In this document: in pieces, positions 1 to 7,425 of the stretch
Layout of the letters: the number at the start of each line of letters is the position of its first letter
How positions within the stretch are numbered: position 1 is the first letter of the stretch
Assembly: GCA_037380845.1 (NCBI GenBank)
Contig: JARRRI010000020.1
Location: 1 to 52,033, forward strand
Reading direction: 5' to 3'
Origin: Candidatus Sulfobium sp.
Lineage (GTDB): Bacteria > Nitrospirota > Thermodesulfovibrionia > Thermodesulfovibrionales > UBA6898
Length of the DNA stretch: 52,033 nt
Made by a program: the position numbers and the translations under genes
The notes under the pieces: model-generated
The model's input: only the letters and a program-made list of their open reading frames with translations
What the model was told of the DNA's origin: nothing
Database searches by the model: none

Positions 1-851
1 TTTTATATCCTACGAAAACAATTTAAAAGAAAAATGACGAACCTAGAAAGGCTCTCCATATTCTCCGGCGTACTCCCAATCAGATGCAAAAGTAAACAGA
101 GTGACCGTCTCCGTTCTTCCCGTGTCCTCGTCTACCATTTTTGTAAAAACCCGCCTGTACGTACACGAGAGAATCTCACAAAACTTTTTACCGAACCTCC
201 CCATAATATTATCCAGACGACCCGGAGAAAGCTTGTAAATTTGTCTTATATGACTCGCCGTGAATGACTTTTTCACTTCCAGAGCTTCGTATTCATAACC
301 TTTCCCAACGTACTTGCCAATATAACGGACAATGTCAGATAACTTTACTCGAAGCTTAGGAGCCGTTATTTTCACGAATCCAAGGCCCCAGGAGGAGCGT
401 ATCTCGTTTGACGATGGAAAGACGTGTGGCTTGCTGTAAACGCATAGAACGTGATAATGAATGGCCCCACGTTGCTGCAGTTCCTTCACGGCAATATACT
501 TAAAGTCCGATCCAGCCCTTTTAAGTCGCTGATATATGAACTGTGTGACCCTGTGTAGGTGCCTGAAGTCAACATCGGGGACATTTTCAGCAACGGTCAG
601 GGTTAAGTGAACGATATAGTATCTCTGTATGTTATAGCGAACATAATTGACCAGCTTCTTGACTGAATTCAGAAAATTGCCGTATCTTCCAGCCGGCGCG
701 TGGCAAACTTGGCCCGTTTTCTTGTTTCGGAAGCAACGATATTTCAGGGGCATAAACGACCCCGCAAGTATGAAAATAGTTGAAATAAAGTTGAAGGGAA
801 AATAGGCGCTTCGGCAGAACGACGTAACTGTCTATTTTTATGAGAAAAAAG
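1..851. mobile_element. Right end of a putative integrated element (prophage or integrative plasmid) at the tRNA-Thr 3' end; probably continues beyond the window start
   Basis: Rep gene begins about 100 bp after the tRNA CCA end; AT-rich; tandem AGTTGAA repeats at 778-784 and 789-795. No integrase or second att copy lies inside the window. Confidence 0.55.
43..753 (-). CDS. HUH-superfamily rolling-circle replication initiator (Rep), ssDNA phage/inovirus/plasmid-like
   Basis: Motif I HLTLT, motif II ELQQRGAIHYHVL (HUH) and motif III YIGKYVGK (YxxKYxxK, two tyrosines) in the canonical order; visibly AT-richer than neighbouring genes. Confidence 0.85.
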   Translation of the reverse strand: MPLKYRCFRNKKTGQVCHAPAGRYGNFLNSVKKLVNYVRYNIQRYYIVHLTLTVAENVPDVDFRHLHRVTQFIYQRLKRAGSDFKYIAVKELQQRGAIHYHVLCVYSKPHVFPSSNEIRSSWGLGFVKITAPKLRVKLSDIVRYIGKYVGKGYEYEALEVKKSFTASHIRQIYKLSPGRLDNIMGRFGKKFCEILSCTYRRVFTKMVDEDTGRTETVTLFTFASDWEYAGEYGEPF

Positions 852-927
852 TGGAGCCGGGAATCGGACTCGAACCGACGACCTGCTGATTACGAATCAG
901 CTGCTCTACCAACTGAGCTATCCCGGC
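852..927 (-). tRNA. tRNA-Thr(CGT)
   Basis: Reverse complement GCCGGGATAGCTCAGTTGGTAGAGCAGCTGATTCGTAATCAGCAGGTCGTCGGTTCGAGTCCGATTCCCGGCTCCA: 76 nt cloverleaf, anticodon CGT, encoded CCA. Confidence 0.97.
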
Positions 928-936
928 ACGATCAAT

Positions 937-945
937 ATTTTAGCA
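937..945 (-). promoter_or_regulatory. Extended -10 promoter element for tRNA-Thr
   Basis: TGcTAAAAT on the minus strand, 9 nt upstream of the tRNA 5' end. Confidence 0.5.
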
Positions 946-1038
946 GAAAGTCCGGAATATTTCCTCACTTCAGGAGCGGCCCGTGCGGCATTGCCGCAAG
1001 CCTTCCGGAGGCCCGGGGGGGCTCCGAGGAGAGACAAT

Positions 1039-1073
1039 AAAACAGGGCGGGGCTTCCGGCCCGCGCGCTGTTT
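1039..1073 (-). terminator. Intrinsic terminator hairpin
   Basis: AAACAGcGCGcGGGC-cggaa-GCCCCGCcCTGTTTT on the minus strand. Confidence 0.7.
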
Positions 1074-1074
1074 A

Positions 1075-1180
1075 TGCGGCATGATCAGCTACTGCCTTGT
1101 TCCGGTGAAGTCCTGGACCGTTACGTCCGAGCCGCCGCTTTCCGCCCCCTCCTTACAGAGGGTTTGGCTTTTTCGGGACC
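1075..1180 (-). ncRNA. c-di-GMP-I (GEMM-I) riboswitch-like aptamer with atypical, expanded P3
   Basis: CGAAAAAGCCAAACCCTCT-GTAA-GGAGGG-GGCGGAAAGC...AGCTGATCATGCCG matches the GEMM-I core: CC-AAA-CC, GNRA-capped P2, GGCGGAAAGC junction, 3' AG..ATGCCG. Confidence 0.65.
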
Positions 1181-1213
1181 ACTTACATTTTCACATCTCT
1201 CCTTCTTGAATAA

Positions 1214-1242
1214 AATCTATCACGGAGCGCAGACATTGGCAA
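1214..1242 (-). promoter_or_regulatory. sigma70-type promoter driving the riboswitch-like RNA
   Basis: TTGCCA-N17-TAGATT on the minus strand. Confidence 0.6.
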
Positions 1243-1296
1243 TAAATCTCGCAATTGTTCAGGTTATCATTCTTAAAAAGATTATAAAGCAGGCAG

Positions 1297-1830
1297 TTAC
1301 TCTGCGAGATCGGCCTCTATGTCAAGGTTTATCTTAACGTCGTTGCCTACCATCAGGCCGGCTTCGATCGGTACATTCCATTTGACGTCGAAGTCCTGCC
1401 GGTCGATCGTCAGGTAAGCGGAAAATCCGATGGTCGTCTCCCCTCCCAGGTCCTCCGGGCTTTTTACCGGACCGAAGTATTCGGCCTCCATGATGACGGG
1501 ACGGGTAATACCGTGGATGGTGAGATCTCCCGAAATCCTGGCCCCGTTGCTGCCTGCCGGTTCTATTTTCGTGCTTTTGAAGGTAATCTTCGGGTATTTT
1601 GCAGCGTCGAAAAAGTCCGCGCTCAAAAGGTGATCGTCGCGCTTCCTGATTCCCGTCGTGATGCTCGCCACCTCGATTTCCGCCGTGACGGAAGACCGTT
1701 CCGGCGCTGCCTCGTCCATTTCTATCGTGCCGGCAATGTTATTGAACTGACCCCGGACGTTGGCGACGGTCATGTGCCTTACAGAAAAGGCGGCGACAGA
1801 GTGGGCTGGGTCGATAGTCCATTTAGCCAT
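1297..1830 (-). CDS. YceI family polyisoprenoid-binding protein
   Basis: WTIDPAHSVAAFSVRHM, SITTGIRKRDDHLLSADFFD, GDLTIHGIT motifs. Confidence 0.92.
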   Translation of the reverse strand: MAKWTIDPAHSVAAFSVRHMTVANVRGQFNNIAGTIEMDEAAPERSSVTAEIEVASITTGIRKRDDHLLSADFFDAAKYPKITFKSTKIEPAGSNGARISGDLTIHGITRPVIMEAEYFGPVKSPEDLGGETTIGFSAYLTIDRQDFDVKWNVPIEAGLMVGNDVKINLDIEADLAE

Positions 1831-2053
1831 TTCTCCCCCTGGTAACAGTTATCCCCGGAGTAAGTTTCTCCCGGTGCAAGAGATAGTCGGGATTGCCTGT
1901 AAAAAGTATATCAGCTTTTTTCCCCTTTACAAAGGCAGCGCTGCGATGGCGATCGCAAACGGCTCACCCGGTGCCAGGCACGCTGGGAAAAGGAAATACC
2001 CCTGTGTTAATGTATATGAAACTGCCCAAATTGTTTATCGAGAAAGGGGAATA

Positions 2054-2815
2054 ATGCCCGCGCCGCTTCGCGTACTGATGATAGAGGATTCCGAGGATGA
2101 CGTCCTTCTTATCTGTCGGCAGATAAGGGCTGGAGGTTACAGCCTCACCTATGAACGTGTCGACAATCGCGGGGCGATGAAGACCGCCCTCAGTGGGCGG
2201 ACGTGGGACGTAGTCATCTCGGATTACGTGATGCCCCGGTTCGGAGGGCTTGAGGCACTAGGCCTGCTGAAGGAAAGCGGACAGGACCTGCCTTTTATCA
2301 TCGTTTCGGGCAAGATAGGAGAGGATATCGCCGTGGGGGCCATGAAGGCGGGAGCTCATGACTATATCCTGAAAGGCAACCTGGCCAGGCTGGTCCCGGC
2401 GATTGAACGTGAACTGAAAGATGCCGAAACGAGGCGACAGAGGAGACTGGCCGACGAGGCCCTGAAGAAAGCCTACGAGGATTTGGAGGTCAAGGTTGCG
2501 GAGCGCACCGTCGAACTCAAGGAGGCCAACGAAGCCCTCCGTGAAGAAATCGAACGGCGCACGGCGATACAGCAGGAAAGGGAAATCCTGATAGACGAAC
2601 TCCAGCACGCGCTGGCCGAAGTCAAGACGCTTAGCGGACTTCTTCCGATCTGTGCGGCATGCAAGAAGATAAGGGATGATACGGGTTATTGGCGCCAGAT
2701 AGAAGAGTATATCAGCAGGCACTCAGAAGCCGAATTCACGCACGGCATCTGTCCCGAGTGTGCAAAAAAACTCTACCCGGAATATTTCAGGGATTATCCC
2801 GGGAACAAGGTCTGA
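2054..2815 (+). CDS. Response regulator (receiver + coiled coil + Cys/His C-terminal domain)
   Basis: LMIEDSEDD / VISDYVMP / YILK receiver motifs; C-terminal LPICAACKKIRDD...HGICPEC; start moved to the ATG at 2054 after a GGGA SD. Confidence 0.88.
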   Translation: MPAPLRVLMIEDSEDDVLLICRQIRAGGYSLTYERVDNRGAMKTALSGRTWDVVISDYVMPRFGGLEALGLLKESGQDLPFIIVSGKIGEDIAVGAMKAGAHDYILKGNLARLVPAIERELKDAETRRQRRLADEALKKAYEDLEVKVAERTVELKEANEALREEIERRTAIQQEREILIDELQHALAEVKTLSGLLPICAACKKIRDDTGYWRQIEEYISRHSEAEFTHGICPECAKKLYPEYFRDYPGNKV

Positions 2816-2836
2816 GCCGTAGCGGCCTGCAACATG

Positions 2837-3016
2837 TTATTCGATATTAAAGACTGCGACTTCCTTTATGCCCGGGATGTATTCCCCCACGGGCACCAGT
2901 TTTTTTCCTTCGCTAACGCAGCCGATTATTATAGTCCAGAGCTGATTGAGTTCCGTCTTCTCCCTGTCGTTTTCAGGGGTCATTTTAAGCAGCGTGCCTT
3001 CCAGTTCAATTTTCAT
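2837..3016 (-). CDS. Small hypothetical protein, 59 aa (MKIELEGTLLKMTPENDREKTELNQLWTIIIGCVSEGKKLVPVGEYIPGIKEVAVFNIE), not in the ORF track
   Basis: AAGGAGG SD upstream of ATG, open frame to TAA, protein-like composition. Confidence 0.75.
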   Translation of the reverse strand: MKIELEGTLLKMTPENDREKTELNQLWTIIIGCVSEGKKLVPVGEYIPGIKEVAVFNIE

Positions 3017-3100
3017 CCGGTGCGCCTCCTTGCTAGAAGATATCGATAGATCGTCATTACATAAAAAAATACCATATCCGGCGGCAATGTCAAATAACAG

Positions 3101-3133
3101 CTTAAACTGTTTAAGGCGTTCGAACTGTTTAAA
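3101..3133. promoter_or_regulatory. Tandem palindromic operator-like sites
   Basis: Perfect CTTAAAC-T-GTTTAAG (3101-3115) plus degenerate TTCGAAC-T-GTTTAAA (3119-3133) in a divergent intergenic region. Confidence 0.5.
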
Positions 3134-3194
3134 AGGTGTCTATGAAAAGGAATACAGGAATATATTACAATAACTGAGAAAGAGCCGGTGACGC

Positions 3195-3875
3195 ATGAGC
3201 AAGTTTATCCTCTTTTACATTCTTTACTGGCTGACGGGAAATCCCCTTCTGGCCCTGCTGGTGATCGTTGCCATTATACTGGCCGTGGACCGTACCTATC
3301 TCAGCTTTATCCCCGACCCGTTTAAGGCCCTGCGTTCATCTTCGCGGACAGGGGAGCTCCAGAAAGTTATTTCAATCAATCCCCACGACGGAAGGTCCCT
3401 GAAAGAGCTGGGTATACTGCTCGTCGAGAAGGGGGATTTCAAAAATGCTGCCGAGTGTTTCCGGCGAACGGCCGGAAAGATGGCCGACGATCCTGAATTC
3501 AACTATTATTACGGCATAGCAGAGGCAAGGAGCGGCGACATCAGCAAGGGCAGGGAACTTGTCGAGAAGGCCCTGCTGGATTCGCCGAGACTCAAATACG
3601 GCGAGCCTTATCTCATGATGGCCGAGGTCTATCTCGACTGTCATGACTACCGGAACGCCCTGCCGCTGCTCGAAAAGTTTGTGGGGATACATTCATCAAG
3701 TTCAAGGGGATTTTACAGGCTGGGCGTGGTAAAAATGAAACTGGGCATGAAGGATGAAGGCATCGAGTATCTCAGAAAGTCCATAAGGGTCTTTAAATCG
3801 TCTCCCCTGTTCAAGCGCCGCGTGGAAAGGAAGTGGGCGCTGAAGGCAAGGATCCTGATCGCCAGGGAGGCATGA
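3195..3875 (+). CDS. Membrane-anchored tetratricopeptide repeat protein
   Basis: Hydrophobic N-terminus followed by TPR-like helices (LKELGILLVEKGDFKNA, FYRLGVVKMKLG). Confidence 0.8.
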   Translation: MSKFILFYILYWLTGNPLLALLVIVAIILAVDRTYLSFIPDPFKALRSSSRTGELQKVISINPHDGRSLKELGILLVEKGDFKNAAECFRRTAGKMADDPEFNYYYGIAEARSGDISKGRELVEKALLDSPRLKYGEPYLMMAEVYLDCHDYRNALPLLEKFVGIHSSSSRGFYRLGVVKMKLGMKDEGIEYLRKSIRVFKSSPLFKRRVERKWALKARILIAREA

Positions 3876-3896
3876 GGCCCGGCCTGCACCCGTTCC

Positions 3897-4566
3897 TTAG
3901 CCTTCTATGACTTCACGCAGAACCGCGCTCAGTTCCTCGATCTGACACGGCTTGCAGAGAAAGCCCTTGAAGCCGTAATCTCTGAAGCTGGATGTTATCG
4001 GATCATCCGAATAGCCGCTGAAGACGATAGTCTTCACGGCGGGATCGTGTTGAAGAAGTTTCTCCGCCGTTTCCCTGCCGCCCATGCCTCGCCCGGACGG
4101 TGAGATCGGTAATCCGTGTCTTCAATGATCAGGCCGTCGCCGATGCTTGAGATCACGGCTTCCGTCTTCGCTCTTTCCTCTTCCGCTTTCCGCAGCGCCT
4201 CCATCAGCAAGTGGTTTGTCTGCCTGCGTTTTGAGATGTCCCTGCCCACCCCGGTAATCCAGAGAGGTACACCTTCATTGTCTCTGACCAGCGCCCTTTT
4301 CCAGTGATAGGGAACCAGGGACCCGTCTGCGCACAGCAGTTCGGCTTCAACTTCGGCCTCGCCGGTCTCCATGCATTTCGAAATAGCTTGTGCGATCAGC
4401 GGCTGCTCCCCGGGTTGGAAGAAGGATGAGGCGGGCTTTTCGCGGAGCTCCTCCGCCGAATAGCCGGACACGGTCTCTGCTGCCTTGTTCCATTTTATGA
4501 GGATCCCCGTCAGGTCCGTCACATAAATGATGTCCGATATCGCGCTCAGAATGCTTTCCGGCTCAT
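3897..4566 (-). pseudogene. Remnant of a PAS-domain hybrid sensor kinase (PAS fused out of frame to a receiver C-terminal half)
   Basis: PAS (KWNKAAETVSGYS...ITGVGRDIS) and the start of a second PAS join directly to GMGGRET...SGYSDDP...LCKP; the kinase core is absent; the SD-preceded ATG at 4566 is out of frame. Confidence 0.75.
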
Positions 4567-4789
4567 ATTTTTTTGTCCTTCTGCAGTTTCGCCGGACAAT
4601 GTATTATGTGCCGGATGATCTGTGGACCGTTTCGTCTTCTTCACAGGGAAGCCTTATTGAAGAACAACTTTCGCATGGACAATTATAATATCTTAAGATC
4701 CTTTTGAAAAGACGACGGGGACAAAAAAATGACCCTCTGCAGAAACGGAAACATCCTTGATCAGAGCTGCCGGGCAGAAAATGCGGTCC

Positions 4790-5938
4790 TCAGGACGTCG
4801 CTGCCGGTAAAGGTTTTTCCCTCAACTCCCTGACTGCGGCTGAAATGATCCCGACAGCCTCTCTTATTTCCTCGTCGGTATTGCCTTTTCCAAGGCTCAG
4901 CCTTACCGAAGACAGGGCCTCTTCATCGGACAAACCCATATGTTTCAAAACCGAAGACGGACTGCGTCTGCCGGAATGACAGGCGGACCCTGTGGAAACG
5001 GCAACCCTGTCGCCGATCTTTTCAACCAGGTCGCCCGAATAGATCCCGGGGATTCTCACATTGAGAGTGTTGGGAAGTCTCCGTGTCTTGTGGCCGTTGA
5101 GGACAAGGCCGGGGATTTCAGACATGAGGCCTTCGAGAAAGACGTCTCTCAACCGGCTGGTATGTGCCACCCTCAGCTCTATGTCCCTGGTTGTAAGAAG
5201 GCACGCTTTTTCAAGTCCCACTATGCCGGCGACATTTTCAGTGCCGGGCCGCAGGCCTCTTTCATGCCCCGCTCCGAAAAGTATAGGGTTTATTCGTGTA
5301 CCCGTTTTCACGTATAGTGCGCCGACGCCCTTGGGGCCGTAAAATTTATGCCCCACGATTGTCATCAGGTCCGCTGGGGGAGGAGCCGGTTCAAAGTGCA
5401 TTTTGCCTACCGACTGTGCGGCGTCCGAGTGGAATTTCACCCCCCGCCCTTCAGCGACCGTCCGGATTGCGCCCACCGGCTGGATCACCCCGGTCTCGTT
5501 ATTTGCATGCATGATCGATACGAGTATGGTGTCCGGTCTAATGGATTTACCGAAGGCCTCGAGGTCGACTATCCCGTCATGGTCCACGGGGACATAGGTA
5601 ACCTCAAAGCCGAGGGACTGGAGATGCCGGCAGGTGTTAAGCACTGAGGGATGTTCGATTACCGATGTCACGATGTGGCCCTTCCCGTGGAACAATGCAG
5701 TTCCCAGGAGGGCGAGATTATTGGATTCCGTGCCGCCCGATGTAAAGACTATCTCCTCGTGTCGGGCGCCCAGGAACTCGGCAACATGGAACCGGCAGCT
5801 TTCCACGAGCTCCTTTGCTTTTCTGCCGGACAGGTGAGAGCTCGAAGGGTTCGCAAAATCCCGCTTGAGTGAAGAGAAGATCGCATCTGATACTTCGGGG
5901 TCGACAGGCGTGGTGGCATTGTTGTCGAGATATATCAT
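4790..5938 (-). CDS. Cysteine desulfurase (IscS/NifS family)
   Basis: IYLDNNATT, FTSGGTESNN, GHKFYGPKG, STGSACHS. Confidence 0.95.
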   Translation of the reverse strand: MIYLDNNATTPVDPEVSDAIFSSLKRDFANPSSSHLSGRKAKELVESCRFHVAEFLGARHEEIVFTSGGTESNNLALLGTALFHGKGHIVTSVIEHPSVLNTCRHLQSLGFEVTYVPVDHDGIVDLEAFGKSIRPDTILVSIMHANNETGVIQPVGAIRTVAEGRGVKFHSDAAQSVGKMHFEPAPPPADLMTIVGHKFYGPKGVGALYVKTGTRINPILFGAGHERGLRPGTENVAGIVGLEKACLLTTRDIELRVAHTSRLRDVFLEGLMSEIPGLVLNGHKTRRLPNTLNVRIPGIYSGDLVEKIGDRVAVSTGSACHSGRRSPSSVLKHMGLSDEEALSSVRLSLGKGNTDEEIREAVGIISAAVRELREKPLPAATS

Positions 5939-5952
5939 TGATTCTTATTATA

Positions 5953-6852
5953 TCACGACATGTCCCGGTGGATAATACTGAGGTCGACGTCACTTTTTCC
6001 GATAAAGGCCGCAATCTTCTCCACTATGGCAGGAGAACGATGGTTTCCTCCGGTGCACCCTACGGCTATGGACAGGTATGATTTTCCCTCCCTGATATAA
6101 AGAGGGATCAGGAAATCGAGAAGCTCCCTTATTTTTTTCATGAACTCTTTCGTTTCCGGCTGCCGGAAGACATAGGAGGCAACGCGCCTGTCAGTGCCGT
6201 TAAGGCGCTTCAGCTCCGGGACGAAATTCGGGTTCGGGAGGAACCTCACGTCGAAGAGCAGGTCGATGTTCTGCGGCGCCCCGTACTTGAAACCGAATGA
6301 GATCAGCGTTACATTCAGGTCCTTGAGTCCGCTCTGAGGCCCGTACAGGGAGGATATCATCTTCCGCAACTGGTGGGGAGAGAACGAAGAGGTGTCTATT
6401 ACCCTGTCCGCATCGTCCTTGAGCCCGGAGATGTCGGCCCGTTCTTTCCTTATGGCGTCTTCGAGTTCGCCCCCCAGGGGGTGCGGTCTTCTCGTTTCCT
6501 TGAACCTCCTGACGAGCACCTCGGTTTCGGCTTCCAGAAAAATGACCTCCACCCTGCGCCTTGCCCTCAGTCCCCGAAGTATCCTGTCGATGTCCGACAG
6601 GAACTGCTTTTCCCGGATATCTACACCTATCGCGATATTCTCGGTCCCCGTGTCCCTGGTGATCCTGGAGACAAGAGAACCGATAAGAGAAACCGGGAGG
6701 TTGTCCACACAGAAAAAATTGAGGTCCTCGACCGCCCTGAGAGCCACCGTCTTGCCCGACCCTGAGAGCCCGGAAATTATGACGATCCGGGGGCCCGCCC
6801 CGCCCTGCCGGGATCGCGGGATTTTGCGGTCCGCCGGTCTACGGGCCTTCAC
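5953..6852 (-). CDS. rapZ: RNase adapter RapZ
   Basis: SGLSGSGKT, VDNLP, ETRRPHPL, SFGFKYG, DVRFLPNP, GCTGGNHRS. Confidence 0.95.
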   Translation of the reverse strand: MKARRPADRKIPRSRQGGAGPRIVIISGLSGSGKTVALRAVEDLNFFCVDNLPVSLIGSLVSRITRDTGTENIAIGVDIREKQFLSDIDRILRGLRARRRVEVIFLEAETEVLVRRFKETRRPHPLGGELEDAIRKERADISGLKDDADRVIDTSSFSPHQLRKMISSLYGPQSGLKDLNVTLISFGFKYGAPQNIDLLFDVRFLPNPNFVPELKRLNGTDRRVASYVFRQPETKEFMKKIRELLDFLIPLYIREGKSYLSIAVGCTGGNHRSPAIVEKIAAFIGKSDVDLSIIHRDMS

Positions 6853-6862
6853 GGACAGCCGG

Positions 6863-7390
6863 TTACCTGACGGGTTCTATCAGTCCGAAATTTCCGTCCC
6901 GTCGCCGGTAAATGACGTTGATGTCGGAACTGATATCGTTTATGAAGACAAAAAAGTCCTTGTCCAGAAGTTCCATCTGCATGGAGGCCTCATCGGGACT
7001 CATGGGTTTGAGCTCGAAACGTTTGTTCTTTATTATTCTGCCTGTCTCGTCAGGGGGCGACGCCTTCCGGAGGTTATCTGCGGGCCTGGCGCCTCCTTTT
7101 CTGTGGGAAACGAGTTTCTCTTTGTATTTCTTTACCTGCCTTTCGAGTTTTTCGGAAACCTCGTCTATGGAAGCATAAATTTCATCCGTAACTCCCTCGG
7201 CCTGTATCAGGTAACCGTTCACTCTCAGGAGAACCTCGGCCTTGTGACGATATTTCTTTTCTATGCTGAGTGTCACCACAGCCTCCGATACTTCCGAGAT
7301 GTAACGCTCGAATTTCTTTACCTTCTCTTCCGCATAGCTTTTCAATGCCGGCGTAACTTCCAGGTGTCTTCCGTTCACTATGACGTTCAT
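6863..7390 (-). CDS. hpf: Ribosome hibernation promoting factor (long HPF/RaiA)
   Basis: VNGRHLEVTPALKSY, KPMSPDEA..QMELL, VIYRRRDGNFGLIEP; directly downstream of rpoN; GGAGG SD before the ATG at 7390. Confidence 0.93.
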   Translation of the reverse strand: MNVIVNGRHLEVTPALKSYAEEKVKKFERYISEVSEAVVTLSIEKKYRHKAEVLLRVNGYLIQAEGVTDEIYASIDEVSEKLERQVKKYKEKLVSHRKGGARPADNLRKASPPDETGRIIKNKRFELKPMSPDEASMQMELLDKDFFVFINDISSDINVIYRRRDGNFGLIEPVR

Positions 7391-7425
7391 TTTTCCTCCT
7401 TGCCTTGACTGACTGGAATTGATTG

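Noticed and set aside
840..1040. 66-aa plus-strand ORF (WSRESDSNRRPADYESAALPTELSR)
   Set aside because: It is the antisense translation of tRNA-Thr
1760..2053. N-terminal extension of the 351-aa ORF
   Set aside because: Overlaps the divergent yceI gene and its promoter region; receiver homology starts at ATG 2054
6392..7408. 338-aa plus-strand ORF
   Set aside because: Ser-rich antisense shadow of rapZ and hpf
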